A DNA stretch of 64,000 nt. Origin: Flavobacteriales bacterium. GTDB lineage: Bacteria > Bacteroidota > Bacteroidia > Flavobacteriales > UBA7312. Of the stretch, positions 8,765-19,284 are shown in pieces (the first letter of the stretch is position 1; every line of letters starts with the position of its first letter). Where the stretch lies: NCBI GenBank assembly GCA_049890295.1, contig JBMHBP010000002.1, positions 148,561 through 212,560 of the forward strand, written 5' to 3'. A program made the translations under genes and the position numbers. Below the pieces are notes generated by a model that was not told the origin of the DNA, made no database searches, and saw nothing but the letters and a program-made list of their open reading frames with translations.

Positions 8765-9286
8765 TTATTTTTTTTCTAATTCTTTGGCAATGACATCTAT
8801 CATTTGCTTAAATTCAATTTCGTCAAATAATCGAGTTAGGAATATAATCTTTCCCTCTCTATCGATAACAATGTTTCTTGTCACACCTGCTTTTGGAACT
8901 GTAAATAGTTCAAAGACACTACCATCAGAGTCAATTGCTATCGGATAACTAATTTGTGTCTCTTTTATAAAGCGTTCAACCACTTTAGGGGTTTCTTTTA
9001 AATCGACTCCTAGCAAAATAAATTCTTGGTTTTTGAATCTCTGCCATACGTATTTTTCTAAATGTGGCATTTCTTTTCGACACACTCCGCACCATGAAGC
9101 AGTAAATTGGATGACACAAACTTTTCCTTTTAGAGAATCAGAATTTATAGGCGTTTGATCTAATAGTTTCAGTTCAAAATTTGGTAACGGCTCACCAATT
9201 TTAACTTTAAATCCTCTGTGATTTTGAGCACTTAAACTTAAACTGACCAGAGTAAATAAAAGAGTAATATATCTTTTAAATCTCAT
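8765..9286 (-). CDS. TlpA-family thiol-disulfide oxidoreductase (thioredoxin fold), exported
   Basis: 173 aa. It has a signal peptide, the WCGVC active site and the AhpC/TSA-like fold. The start overlaps the stop of the upstream aminotransferase by 11 nt. Confidence 0.85.
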   Translation of the reverse strand: MRFKRYITLLFTLVSLSLSAQNHRGFKVKIGEPLPNFELKLLDQTPINSDSLKGKVCVIQFTASWCGVCRKEMPHLEKYVWQRFKNQEFILLGVDLKETPKVVERFIKETQISYPIAIDSDGSVFELFTVPKAGVTRNIVIDREGKIIFLTRLFDEIEFKQMIDVIAKELEKK

Positions 9287-10478
9287 CTAATATTGATTTG
9301 AGTATTTTACAGGCTTTGATTATTTCATAATTGGAAATAATAAGCGGAGGAGAAAGTCTTACAGTAAGATCATTAAATAAAAAGAAGAAGGTGATTAATC
9401 CCTGTTCATAGCCTTTTTGAACCACTTTTTGGCAACTTTTGGCGTCTTCAAGTACAAGTCCAAGCATTAACCCTTTTCCCTTAATTTCTTTTATTTTGGG
9501 ATGTTTTAGATGTTCTCTAAATAACATTTCTTTTTGTGAAACAGATGATACAATAGAATCTTCTAATAACAATGTTTCAAGAGTTGCTAATGAAGCAGCA
9601 CAGCAAACGGGATGGCCACCAAACGTTGTTATATGACCCAGTTTAGGATTGTTCATCAGGTGGTTCATGTTTTCTTTGGAGCTAATAAAACAGCCGATTG
9701 GCATGCCACCACCCATTCCTTTAGCAATACATAAAATGTCAGGTGTTACATTAAATGTATCAAGAGCAAAGAGTTGACCAGTTCTACCAAAACCAGTTTG
9801 AATTTCATCGAAAATCAATATAGTACCAGTTGCATTACATTGTTCGCGTACTGCTTGTAACCAGCCTTCAGGAGGTACAGTAAAGCCTGTTGCTCCCTGA
9901 ATCGGTTCTACAACTACTGCTGCAGTTTCATCAGTAATACATTCCAAATGATCGAAATTGCCGTAGTCAAATAAATGACAATTGGGAAGTAGTGGTCTAT
10001 ATTTTGTTTTATATTCTTCAGTTCCCATTATACTTAGAGCTCCATGAGTACTTCCGTGATAACTATTGTTAAATGAAACGATATTTTTTCGACCAGTTAA
10101 TCGCTTAGCGAGTTTCATTGCCCCTTCGATGGCTTCTGTTCCTGAATTTACAAGATAGGTACAATTTAAATTTTTAGGTAAATGCTCTATAAGTCGCTTA
10201 GATAATTGGTATTGGGGAGACTGAACATATTCACCATAAACCATTACATGAGCATATCTTTCAATTTGCTCGTTAACACTTTTTATTATTGATGGGTGAG
10301 AATGTCCCAATGTACAAGCGGATACACCGGCAACTAAATCCATATAAGAATTACCTGATTTATCGTAAATATACATTCCTTTGGCATGAGATATTTCTAG
10401 GCCGTTGGCATAAGGTGTAGTTTGTGCCTGATGATCAAAAAATAGTTGTTGACCTTTTGTATGTTTATTTTCTTTCAA
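9276..10478 (-). CDS. class III (acetylornithine/ornithine-type) PLP-dependent aminotransferase
   Basis: 400 aa. Motifs are NSGTEAIEGAMKLAKR, FDEIQTGFGRTG and the PLP-lysine block CIAKGMGGGMP. Confidence 0.88.
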   Translation of the reverse strand: MKENKHTKGQQLFFDHQAQTTPYANGLEISHAKGMYIYDKSGNSYMDLVAGVSACTLGHSHPSIIKSVNEQIERYAHVMVYGEYVQSPQYQLSKRLIEHLPKNLNCTYLVNSGTEAIEGAMKLAKRLTGRKNIVSFNNSYHGSTHGALSIMGTEEYKTKYRPLLPNCHLFDYGNFDHLECITDETAAVVVEPIQGATGFTVPPEGWLQAVREQCNATGTILIFDEIQTGFGRTGQLFALDTFNVTPDILCIAKGMGGGMPIGCFISSKENMNHLMNNPKLGHITTFGGHPVCCAASLATLETLLLEDSIVSSVSQKEMLFREHLKHPKIKEIKGKGLMLGLVLEDAKSCQKVVQKGYEQGLITFFFLFNDLTVRLSPPLIISNYEIIKACKILKSILDEI

Positions 10479-11400
10479 TCGTTTGTAGTGCTGCTTGGAC
10501 GATATTGGAAGTATCTAGACCATACTTTTTCATTAAATCTCTTGGTTTTCCACTTTCTCCAAATGTATCATTTACTCCTACCATCTCCAACGGTACTGGA
10601 AAATTCCTAGATAAACACTGTGAAATACTATCACCCAGTCCACCGTTCAACATATGCTCTTCGGCTGAAACAGCACATTTAGTTTTTTTAACCGAGGTCA
10701 AAATAGCTTCTTCATCAAGGGGCTTGATAGTATGAATATTTATCACTTCTGCACTAACACCCTTTTCTTTCAAGGTTTTTTGGGCTTCCAGTGCTTCCCA
10801 TACTAAATGACCAGTAGCAAAAATACTGACATCATTTCCTTCAGTGAGTTGTATTGCTTTTCCTATTTCAAAAAGCTGATTTTCAGGAGTAAAATTTGGC
10901 ACTTTTGGTCTGCCGAAACGTAAATACACAGGTCCTTGATGATCCGCTATGGCAATTGTAGCAGCTTTAGTTTGATTGAAATCGCAGGTGTTGATAACAG
11001 TCATCCCTGGTAACATTTTCATCATCCCAATATCTTCTAGTACTTGATGAGTAGCACCGTCCTCGCCCAATGTCAGTCCTGCGTGTGAAGCACAAATTTT
11101 TACATTTTTACCTGAATATGCTATAGATTGTCTAATTTGATCATATACTCTGGAGGTAGAGAAATTAGCAAAAGTTCCTGTAAATGGAATATGACCACCT
11201 ATGGTAAGTCCTGCAGCAATACCCATCATGTTGGCTTCTGCAATTCCTACTTGAAAGAACCTTTCTGGAAATTCTTGTGCAAACTCATTCATTTTCAACG
11301 ACCCTGTTAGGTCAGCACACAATGCAACGACTTTTGGATTTGTTTTACCAAGTTCACTTAAGCCTGCTCCAAAGCCTGAGCGTGTATCTTTCATTTCCAT
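10465..11400 (-). CDS. transketolase, C-terminal (pyrimidine-binding plus C-terminal domain) subunit
   Basis: 311 aa. The sequence GFGAGLSELGK..RFFQVGIAEANMMGIAAGL..GATHQ..ED is typical of the second half of a split transketolase. Confidence 0.9.
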   Translation of the reverse strand: MEMKDTRSGFGAGLSELGKTNPKVVALCADLTGSLKMNEFAQEFPERFFQVGIAEANMMGIAAGLTIGGHIPFTGTFANFSTSRVYDQIRQSIAYSGKNVKICASHAGLTLGEDGATHQVLEDIGMMKMLPGMTVINTCDFNQTKAATIAIADHQGPVYLRFGRPKVPNFTPENQLFEIGKAIQLTEGNDVSIFATGHLVWEALEAQKTLKEKGVSAEVINIHTIKPLDEEAILTSVKKTKCAVSAEEHMLNGGLGDSISQCLSRNFPVPLEMVGVNDTFGESGKPRDLMKKYGLDTSNIVQAALQTIERK

Positions 11401-11403
11401 AAT

Positions 11404-12768
11404 TTATAACTTTACAGTGACGGTTTTTACTGAATTAACTTTTATTACTTTTTCTTTAGTGTAGGCACTTTGCAAGGCGTTCTTAGCTCTATACACAATT
11501 TTATACTTTCCTGGAAGAAGGTAAATGTTTTGTCTGCCTCGTTTGGGTTTTAAATCACAAACCCATTCTAAAGTATTTCCCATTTTAAAAATACTACCAT
11601 AACCTGTTGAGGTAAAGGATAAAACTACTAGACCAGATTCTGGGATTTGAACTTTAGTTTCTTCACTTTGCCGTATATCAATGGTTTCATAAATTCGAGG
11701 TAAAGTCAGTATTTCTAAATCATATTTTCCAGTAATGTATTTCTGTTTAGTATTTACTTGTTGAATGTTTAATGTATTGGGACTATTGTGTTCTCTAATA
11801 ATACAATTAGTATTTGATTTTGAATTGCTGGTAGTTATATTCAACTGTCCTTGTGGTGTGCTAATTGGGATTATGGTGTGTTTGCCTGGAGTGAGTTTCC
11901 ATTCTCCCTTAGCTTTTCTTTCTGGAATGGTATGAGCCACTACTTTATAACTCAATACTGGATCGATAACCAGTGTATCAGGATTACCTTTACTATTTAT
12001 CGTATGTATGTAGTTGTATTGTAATACCCCAGAAAATGCATCATAAAAGCTTAATGGAATATTAGTTTCTGTTGGGAGTTCATTTTCATCCAATAAATTG
12101 ACTTGTGTAGTGGTTGAATTCAGTACTTGTGATACTACCACCTCTAGAATAGATTTGAACTGTTCGGGATTACGTGCATCGTAGAATGTGCCGACGCATT
12201 CAAAGTTTTTCTTGTATTCCTCACTTAAACCTATACCGATTACAAAGGGTTTTAGAATAATTTTTTTCTCTTGATATAGTCTGGATACTGCACATGGATC
12301 TCCACTACATTCCTCAATTCCGTCAGTAATTAGTACAATTATATTTCTTGAATCGGAGTCATTGGGAAAATCTAAAGCACCTGACTCTAATGCTTTGGCT
12401 ATGGGTGTGGTACCTTTAGGTCTTAAAGTTTGTAATCTTTTTTTTATAGCTGGAATTGTATTTTCTCCAAAGTCAACTTCTAGTCGAGTATCTCGACAGT
12501 CTTGAGGGGGCGAAGGTTTTTGGTGACCATAACATCTTAAGCCAATTTCAAGATTATTTCTATCAACTAAACTGTCCAACATATTACTCAGTAATTCCTT
12601 GGCAATTTCCATTCTACTATTACCGTCCCATTGAGCATACATACTTTGTGAAGCATCAAAAATGAACAGAACTCGCGTTTTATTAGTTTCGACTTGAGCA
12701 AAACTTTGAGTTGCCAACAAAAGACAACAACATGAAAAAACGATCGATATGTATGTTCTAATAGTCAC
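11404..12768 (-). CDS. secreted von Willebrand factor A (VWA) domain protein with C-terminal beta-sandwich-like region
   Basis: 454 aa. The signal peptide ends in ..LLLATQSFAQ. MIDAS residues are DASQS (FIFDASQSM) and ITDGIEE. The ORF lies between the two transketolase halves and overlaps the upstream stop by 11 nt. Confidence 0.8.
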   Translation of the reverse strand: MTIRTYISIVFSCCCLLLATQSFAQVETNKTRVLFIFDASQSMYAQWDGNSRMEIAKELLSNMLDSLVDRNNLEIGLRCYGHQKPSPPQDCRDTRLEVDFGENTIPAIKKRLQTLRPKGTTPIAKALESGALDFPNDSDSRNIIVLITDGIEECSGDPCAVSRLYQEKKIILKPFVIGIGLSEEYKKNFECVGTFYDARNPEQFKSILEVVVSQVLNSTTTQVNLLDENELPTETNIPLSFYDAFSGVLQYNYIHTINSKGNPDTLVIDPVLSYKVVAHTIPERKAKGEWKLTPGKHTIIPISTPQGQLNITTSNSKSNTNCIIREHNSPNTLNIQQVNTKQKYITGKYDLEILTLPRIYETIDIRQSEETKVQIPESGLVVLSFTSTGYGSIFKMGNTLEWVCDLKPKRGRQNIYLLPGKYKIVYRAKNALQSAYTKEKVIKVNSVKTVTVKL

Positions 12769-13597
12769 CTAAGGTTTCTGGATTTTGATTTAAAGCCAGT
12801 TGTAATTCTTCATCATTTGGGGCTACGCCATGCCATTTGTGACTACCCATCATGTAATCAACTCCGTTACCCATTTCAGTATGCATGACTATACAAACTG
12901 GTTTTTGCTGACTACATAGTTCTTTTGCCTTTTCTAATACGCTGATTACACTACTGATGTTATTACCCTCTAGAATTTCTAAAACTATCCAACCAAAGGC
13001 TTCAAACTTGTGTTTTAGATTACCTAATGGCAAAACATCATCAGTAGAACCGTCAATTTGTTTTTGGTTATAGTCAATGGTGGCAATTAAATTATCTATA
13101 TTTTTAGCAGCGGCGTACATTACACCTTCCCAAATTTGACCCTCTTGAAGTTCGCCATCTCCATGAAGACTGTAAACTATTGAAGAGTCCTTATTTAATT
13201 TTTTACTTTCAGCTGCTCCGATGGCTACAGAAAGACCTTGACCTAATGAACCAGTTGATACTCTTACTCCTGGTAGATTTTCATGTGTGGTAGGATGGCC
13301 TTGAAGTCGAGAGTCAATTGTTCTAAAAGTCGAGAGTTCGCGAGTATCAAAATAGCCTGAACGTGCCAAAACGCTATATAATACAGGAGAAATATGTCCA
13401 TTGGAAAGGAAAAATAAATCTTCATCAATACCATCCATTTTGAAATCAGTATCATGCTTTAAAACCTTAAAATAAAGTGCCACTAAAAATTCAACACATC
13501 CAAGAGACCCCCCTGGATGACCAGAATTTTGAGCATGTACCATACGAACAATATCTCGTCTAACTTGAGAACAAATTGAGTTTAAGTTGTTAGTCAT
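12758..13597 (-). CDS. transketolase, N-terminal (TPP-binding) subunit
   Basis: Motifs are SGHPGGSLG, GHISP and GDGELQEGQIWE. I trimmed the start to MTNNLNS (ATG 13597) because a promoter motif falls inside the ORF-track extension. Confidence 0.9.
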   Translation of the reverse strand: MTNNLNSICSQVRRDIVRMVHAQNSGHPGGSLGCVEFLVALYFKVLKHDTDFKMDGIDEDLFFLSNGHISPVLYSVLARSGYFDTRELSTFRTIDSRLQGHPTTHENLPGVRVSTGSLGQGLSVAIGAAESKKLNKDSSIVYSLHGDGELQEGQIWEGVMYAAAKNIDNLIATIDYNQKQIDGSTDDVLPLGNLKHKFEAFGWIVLEILEGNNISSVISVLEKAKELCSQQKPVCIVMHTEMGNGVDYMMGSHKWHGVAPNDEELQLALNQNPETLGDY

Positions 13598-13618
13598 TTT
13601 AAAAATGTAAATTCTATT

Positions 13619-13626
13619 CAAAAGTA
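13619..13626 (-). promoter_or_regulatory. TAnnTTTG -7 motif (TACTTTTG on minus strand) for the transketolase-VWA-aminotransferase-TlpA gene string
   Basis: Plus-strand caaaagta lies 21 nt upstream of the ATG at 13597. Confidence 0.4.
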
Positions 13627-13687
13627 AGTGTTTAGGGTCGTTAAAATACAATTGTTAATATTTTTTAAATAAGTTTGATAAGGTCAC

Positions 13688-13695
13688 TATATTTG
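13688..13695 (+). promoter_or_regulatory. TAnnTTTG -7 motif (TATATTTG) for ychF
   Basis: Exact motif 20 nt upstream of the ATG at 13716. Confidence 0.45.
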
Positions 13696-13715
13696 CTTAA
13701 AATTTTTAAAAAACT

Positions 13716-14813
13716 ATGGCTTTAAAATGTGGTATTGTTGGATTACCTAATGTAGGTAAATCAACATTGTTCAATTGTCTATCAAATGCAAAGGCACAAT
13801 CGGCTAATTTTCCCTTTTGTACTATAGAACCAAACGTTGGTGTAATCACTGTTCCTGATAATCGACTTAATGATTTAGAACGTTTAGTGAAACCCCAAAA
13901 AGTAATGCCTACCACTGTTGAAATCGTAGATATCGCTGGATTAGTTAAAGGGGCTAGTAAAGGAGAAGGCTTAGGCAATAAGTTTTTAGCAAATATTAGA
14001 GAAACAGATGCTATAATTCACGTGTTGAGGTGTTTTGAAAATGATAATATTGTACATGTAGATGGTTCGGTTGACCCTATTAGAGATAAAGAAACTATAG
14101 ATATTGAGCTCCAGTTAAAAGATTTAGAAGCAGTTGAAAAAAAGTTAGATAAGTACCAAAAACTGATGAGAACGGGAGATAAAACCGCTAAAACTACTGT
14201 TGAGATTCTTGAAAAATACAAAACACATCTAGAACAAGGAAAATCTGCAAGGAGTATTATGGTTGAGGACAAGGAAAAGGAAATCGTTTTAGACTTGATG
14301 TTATTGACAGATAAACCCATTATGTATGTGTGTAATGTCGATGAGGATTCTATTAAAAATGGTAATTCATACGTTGATCAAGTAAAAGAAGCAGTCAAAA
14401 ATGAAGATGCTGTCGTTTTAATGATTGCTGCCTCTACTGAAGCTGATATTTCTGAGCTAGAATCTTATGAAGAACGCAAATTGTTTTTAGATGATCTTGG
14501 GTTAGATGAGCCAGGTGTCAGTAAACTTATTCGTTCAGCATATACCTTACTCAATTTATCAACCTATTTTACGGCAGGCGAAAAAGAGGTTAGAGCATGG
14601 ACGATAAGAAAGGGCATGAAAGCACCTCAAGCAGCTGGCGTCATTCACACAGACTTTGAAAAGGGGTTCATTAGGGCAGAAGTGATTAAATACACAGACT
14701 TTGTTCAATTAGGTTCAGAATTGGCATGTAAAGAAAATGGTAAAATGTCAGTTGAAGGAAAAGAGTATGTTGTTGAAGATGGCGATATCATGCATTTTAG
14801 ATTCAACACTTAA
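13716..14813 (+). CDS. ychF: redox-regulated ribosome-binding ATPase YchF
   Basis: 365 aa. It has GIVGLPNVGKSTLFN, the Obg-like G-domain, and a C-terminal TGS-like block (RAWTIRKGMKAPQAAGVIHTDFEKGFIRAEV). Confidence 0.95.
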   Translation: MALKCGIVGLPNVGKSTLFNCLSNAKAQSANFPFCTIEPNVGVITVPDNRLNDLERLVKPQKVMPTTVEIVDIAGLVKGASKGEGLGNKFLANIRETDAIIHVLRCFENDNIVHVDGSVDPIRDKETIDIELQLKDLEAVEKKLDKYQKLMRTGDKTAKTTVEILEKYKTHLEQGKSARSIMVEDKEKEIVLDLMLLTDKPIMYVCNVDEDSIKNGNSYVDQVKEAVKNEDAVVLMIAASTEADISELESYEERKLFLDDLGLDEPGVSKLIRSAYTLLNLSTYFTAGEKEVRAWTIRKGMKAPQAAGVIHTDFEKGFIRAEVIKYTDFVQLGSELACKENGKMSVEGKEYVVEDGDIMHFRFNT

Positions 14814-14838
14814 TTTTTAACTACAGATTCCTAATTAT

Positions 14839-14846
14839 TATATTTG
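14839..14846 (+). promoter_or_regulatory. TAnnTTTG -7 motif (TATATTTG) only 4 nt upstream of the next ATG
   Basis: Exact motif in the 37-nt gap after ychF. The spacing to the ATG at 14851 implies a leaderless or near-leaderless transcript. Confidence 0.4.
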
Positions 14847-14850
14847 TTAA

Positions 14851-16011
14851 ATGAATTTTATCTTATTCGACGATAACAGAACAAACCTTTTGCCCCTAAG
14901 CTATACCAAACCGGTATCCCATCTAAGGGTTGGTATTCTTTGTATTTATGAAAAATGGGAATTATTTCTTTCCAAAAAGGTGTCATTTAGTACTGAAAAT
15001 TATTTAAATGAGAAGTACCCTATTAAGCTGTCAAAAGAAAATTATTGGATAAATGGAAGTATTTGTCCTAATCAACAATTAATTGATAATATTCTTTCAC
15101 TAAAACAAAATCAAAGCCTTAAAAAAGGTCACCTTTTGATAGCTTACAGAAGTAATAATGAGGAAGATATACCCCAAGAGACCATTGAATTTGAAAGTGA
15201 CTGTTTACAAATTACTAGGCTTTGGGAAATATTTCAATTTAATGAACAATGTATTGTTTCAGATTTTAAACTACTTACAAAAGGAAGAATTTCAGCACCA
15301 TTGAGCTCAACTAACCAAGTAGTGAATTCAGATTTAATCTTTATTGAAGAAGGTGCTAAAGTTGAACATTCTATACTAAATGCTTCAAGTGGGCCAATAT
15401 ACATTGGAAAAGGTGCTGAAATAATGGAAGGCTGTCTAATTCGTGGACCACTGGCAATGTGTGATCATTCAGTACTTAAAATGGGGACTAAACTGTATGG
15501 TGCTACAACATTAGGTCCATACTGTAAGGTTGGTGGTGAAGTGAGTAATTCAGTATTTATGGGTTATTCCAATAAAGGTCATGATGGTTTTCTTGGAAAT
15601 TCAGTAATAGGCGAGTGGTGTAACTTGGGTGCAGATACTAACAATTCTAACCTAAAAAATAATTATGCTGAGGTTAAGCTTTGGAATTATGCATCAGAAC
15701 GTTTTGAAAATTCAGGCTTACAATTTTGTGGACTTATTATGGGTGATCACTCAAAATGTAGCATAAATACCATGTTTAACACTGGAACCGTTATAGGCGT
15801 TAGCTCGAATATTTTTGGATCAGGTTTTCCCAGAAATTTTGTACCATCTTTTTCATGGGGAGGAGCATCAGGATACACTACTTTCAAACCAACTAAAGCA
15901 TATGAAGTAGCCGAAAAAATGATGCAAAGACGTTCTGTAGAATTTAATTCAGTTGAAAAAAATATACTAGACTCTGTCTTTGAACTGACAAAGTCGTACC
16001 GAAAAGACTAG
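14851..16011 (+). CDS. GlmU-like putative sugar nucleotidyltransferase with left-handed beta-helix (hexapeptide repeat) domain
   Basis: 386 aa. The N-terminus ILFDD..LLPLSYTKPVSHLRVGI resembles NTP-transferases. The C-terminal half is hexapeptide-rich (GAEIMEGCLIRG, KVGGEVSNSVFMG, GNSVIGEWCNLGADT). Confidence 0.75.
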   Translation: MNFILFDDNRTNLLPLSYTKPVSHLRVGILCIYEKWELFLSKKVSFSTENYLNEKYPIKLSKENYWINGSICPNQQLIDNILSLKQNQSLKKGHLLIAYRSNNEEDIPQETIEFESDCLQITRLWEIFQFNEQCIVSDFKLLTKGRISAPLSSTNQVVNSDLIFIEEGAKVEHSILNASSGPIYIGKGAEIMEGCLIRGPLAMCDHSVLKMGTKLYGATTLGPYCKVGGEVSNSVFMGYSNKGHDGFLGNSVIGEWCNLGADTNNSNLKNNYAEVKLWNYASERFENSGLQFCGLIMGDHSKCSINTMFNTGTVIGVSSNIFGSGFPRNFVPSFSWGGASGYTTFKPTKAYEVAEKMMQRRSVEFNSVEKNILDSVFELTKSYRKD

Positions 16012-16107
16012 AATTGTCATAATTTGCTCTAAAATTTATTGTTGGCATAGTTATTGCCCTAAATGATTTAAAGTCAAATATCTATCATTTGACCAAAAAT
16101 ATATTGA

Positions 16108-18519
16108 ATGAAAGAAATGTTTAAACAGAGATTTGTTGCTAGTAATATGGAAGAGGATACTGATTTTTTCCCCTTACTCACTAATTTAGATGAAGATAAA
16201 ATCAATAAAGAGCAAATTCCAGAAGTTCTTCCAATTTTACCATTAAGAAATACGGTATTATTTCCTGGTGTCATCATACCTATAACAGTAGGTAGAGACA
16301 AATCTGTGAAATTAATCAAAGACTATTACAAAGGGGATAAGACTATTGGGATTGTATCTCAAAAAAACAGTGATATTGAAAATCCATCCCCAAAAGATTT
16401 AAATGCTATTGGTACCATGGCACACATCATGAAGATGTTAAGAATGCCAGATGGAAATATTACTGTTATTATTCAAGGCAGAAAACCTATTAAAATCAAT
16501 GAAGTCGTTCAAGAAGAGCCTTATTTTAAAGCAACTGTCTCAGAACTAGTTGAAGAAAAGCCTAAAAAAGACGATGAGGAATATCTAGCTCTAGTAGAAT
16601 CCATCAAAGATGTAGCCCTTCAAATCGTAAAAGAATCACCAAATATTCCATCCGAAGCCCAGTTAGCCATTCAAAATATTGACTCTTCAACATATTTAGT
16701 CAATTTCGTCTGTTCCAACATGGACGTTAATGTAGAGAAGAAACAAGAATTATTAGAAATATTTAATTTAAAAAAGCGATCAGAACATACATTAGAAATA
16801 ATTACTAAAGAATTGCAACGCCTTGAAATGAAAAATGAAATTCAACACAAGGTTAAGCACGATTTAGATCAACAGCAGAGAGAATATTTTCTTAATCAAC
16901 AATTGAAGGCTATTCAAGAAGAATTAGGAGGTTCAGCAGATCAAGAAATAGAAGAAATGAGAAACCGATCAAAATCCAAGAAATGGACAAAAAAGGTTGG
17001 TGAAACTTTTGAAAAAGAATTAAAGAAATTGCAGAGAATGAATCCTGCCATGGCCGATTATTCCGTTCAAAGAGCTTATTTAGATTTAGTACTGGATTTA
17101 CCGTGGGGTGAATATACAACGGATAGCTTTGATTTGAAAAAAGCAAAGAAAATTCTTGATAGGGATCACTTTGGTCTAGATAAAGTTAAAGAACGAATTT
17201 TAGAATATTTAGCAGTTTTAAAATTAAAAGGGGATATGAAGTCACCTATACTTTGCTTGCACGGACCTCCAGGAGTTGGTAAAACTTCATTAGGAAAATC
17301 TATTGCAGAAGCTTTGGGTAGAAGATACGAACGCGTCTCTTTGGGTGGGCTTAGGGATGAGTCGGAAATTCGCGGGCACAGGAAAACTTACATAGGTGCA
17401 ATGCCCGGTAGAATTATCAAATCTATTAAAAAAGCTCACTCATCAAACCCCGTATTTGTACTAGACGAAATAGATAAAATTACAAGAGACTCTCATGGCG
17501 ATCCATCTTCAGCCATGTTGGAAGTCCTTGATCCTGAACAAAACAACTCATTTCACGATAATTATTTAGAAATGGGATACGATTTGTCCAAGGTTATGTT
17601 TGTAGCAACAGCCAATTCTTTAAATACTATTCAACCAGCTTTGAGAGATAGAATGGAAATTATCGAAATCAATGGTTATACAGTAGAAGAAAAGGTGCAA
17701 ATAGCAAAAAAACATCTATTACCAAGACAACTCAAAGAACACGGATTAAATAAAAGTCATTTATCCTTATCATCTAAAGTGATTCAAGTAGTGGTAGATG
17801 GTTATACCCGAGAGTCTGGAGTAAGAGGATTAGACAAAATGGTGGCTAAATTAGTTCGTTTTGCAGCTAAATCCATAGCTCTGGAAGAGGACTATAATAC
17901 AGTTCCAGAAATAGAAGATTTAAAAACTATTCTTGGTGCTGTTCGTTTTGATAGAGATAAGCAATTAAATAATAATATTCCAGGTGTAGTGACTGGCTTA
18001 GCGTGGACACCTGTTGGTGGTGATATATTATTTATTGAATGTAGCAAAAGTCCAGGCAAAGGTAAACTTACTATAACTGGAAATTTGGGTAATGTTATGA
18101 AAGAGTCATCTACCATTGCCATGCATAATATTAGATCACAATCTGAGCTTTTAGGTATAGATCGTAAAGTTTTAGATAATAGTGACGTACATATTCATGT
18201 TCCTGAAGGTGCTACACCAAAAGACGGACCATCTGCAGGTATTACCATGCACACAGCCTTAGTTTCTCTATTCACAAACAAAATAGTCAAGCCAAAAATA
18301 GCTATGACTGGTGAAATAACTTTAAGAGGTAAAGTCCTTCCAGTAGGAGGTATCAAAGAAAAAATTCTTGCCGCTAAAAGGGCAGGTGTAAAGGAAATCA
18401 TTCTGTGCGATCAAAATAAAAAGGACATAGATGAAATCAACGAAAGGTATTTAAAAGGCCTGAAGTTTCATTTTGTTTCAAAAATGACTGAAGTATTGGA
18501 TATTTCAATGAATAAATAA
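16108..18519 (+). CDS. lon: ATP-dependent endopeptidase La (Lon protease)
   Basis: 803 aa. It has a LON N-domain, Walker [10 protein letters not shown] and Walker [10 protein letters not shown]. The protease Ser-Lys dyad is [10 protein letters not shown] / [14 protein letters not shown]. Confidence 0.96.
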   Translation: MKEMFKQRFVASNMEEDTDFFPLLTNLDEDKINKEQIPEVLPILPLRNTVLFPGVIIPITVGRDKSVKLIKDYYKGDKTIGIVSQKNSDIENPSPKDLNAIGTMAHIMKMLRMPDGNITVIIQGRKPIKINEVVQEEPYFKATVSELVEEKPKKDDEEYLALVESIKDVALQIVKESPNIPSEAQLAIQNIDSSTYLVNFVCSNMDVNVEKKQELLEIFNLKKRSEHTLEIITKELQRLEMKNEIQHKVKHDLDQQQREYFLNQQLKAIQEELGGSADQEIEEMRNRSKSKKWTKKVGETFEKELKKLQRMNPAMADYSVQRAYLDLVLDLPWGEYTTDSFDLKKAKKILDRDHFGLDKVKERILEYLAVLKLKGDMKSPILCLHGPPGVGKTSLGKSIAEALGRRYERVSLGGLRDESEIRGHRKTYIGAMPGRIIKSIKKAHSSNPVFVLDEIDKITRDSHGDPSSAMLEVLDPEQNNSFHDNYLEMGYDLSKVMFVATANSLNTIQPALRDRMEIIEINGYTVEEKVQIAKKHLLPRQLKEHGLNKSHLSLSSKVIQVVVDGYTRESGVRGLDKMVAKLVRFAAKSIALEEDYNTVPEIEDLKTILGAVRFDRDKQLNNNIPGVVTGLAWTPVGGDILFIECSKSPGKGKLTITGNLGNVMKESSTIAMHNIRSQSELLGIDRKVLDNSDVHIHVPEGATPKDGPSAGITMHTALVSLFTNKIVKPKIAMTGEITLRGKVLPVGGIKEKILAAKRAGVKEIILCDQNKKDIDEINERYLKGLKFHFVSKMTEVLDISMNK

Positions 18520-18520
18520 A

Positions 18521-18528
18521 TACATTTG
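18521..18528 (+). promoter_or_regulatory. TAnnTTTG -7 motif (TACATTTG) upstream of the small OMP gene
   Basis: Exact motif immediately after the lon stop and 22 nt before the ATG at 18551. Confidence 0.4.
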
Positions 18529-18550
18529 TTTTACTCTAAAATTAAAATCA

Positions 18551-19180
18551 ATGAAAAAAATATATCTTCTTTTTTCACTCATCGTAATCGTCAACTTGTC
18601 ATTCGCACAAGAAGCACTTGTTAAAATCAGTCCCTTTCATTTTGTGGATGGAACATTTTATACTACCTATGAACGTGCACTCAAAAATAATAATTCATTC
18701 ACTTTATCAGGAGGTTACCATTTAACGGAAAATGGTGATGAATATGGTTGGATGGGAGAATTGCAAATTAGAAAGTATGTGGTTAAGCCAAAAATAAATA
18801 GTTCAAGTGAGTCACCACTTTCAGGTATTTATGCAGGTTTGTATGCCAATGGGAAATATTTCCTAGAACATTATGAATGGTTTAGAGAAAATTGGGAAGT
18901 GGAACCTTATTATAATGAAAATGGTCAATACCAACAAGGAACAGGCTATTCTTATGATTTAATAGATCAAGAGTACGATATTAAACAAATTGAAGCAGGA
19001 GTGGTAATGGGTATTCAAATGATATTTTCAGATAACTTTTCGCTGGATTTTTTTCTAGGTGGTGGTCTCAGGTCATCAAAGATTGATAATAAACCCACGA
19101 ATGTAGAATTTTATTCACCTGATAGAGGTTACACAGGTATTGTACCTAAGATTGGATTTGAAGTTGGTTTAGCATTATAA
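18551..19180 (+). CDS. small outer-membrane beta-barrel-type protein (DUF3575-like), function unknown
   Basis: 209 aa. The signal peptide ends in ..NLSFAQ. The sequence alternates hydrophobic and Gly/Tyr-rich beta-strand-like segments, and a terminator follows. Confidence 0.6.
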   Translation: MKKIYLLFSLIVIVNLSFAQEALVKISPFHFVDGTFYTTYERALKNNNSFTLSGGYHLTENGDEYGWMGELQIRKYVVKPKINSSSESPLSGIYAGLYANGKYFLEHYEWFRENWEVEPYYNENGQYQQGTGYSYDLIDQEYDIKQIEAGVVMGIQMIFSDNFSLDFFLGGGLRSSKIDNKPTNVEFYSPDRGYTGIVPKIGFEVGLAL

Positions 19181-19205
19181 ATACAATCAATACTGTAAAT
19201 TAAAT

Positions 19206-19230
19206 AGCACCAAATGGGTGCTTTTTTTTT
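19206..19230 (+). terminator. Rho-independent terminator
   Basis: The hairpin is AGCACC-aaatg-GGTGCT, followed by a run of T residues. Confidence 0.7.
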
Positions 19231-19284
19231 ATAATAAGTTGTTATAAAATCACTAATAATACAAAACATTTGTTTCTTTGTAAA

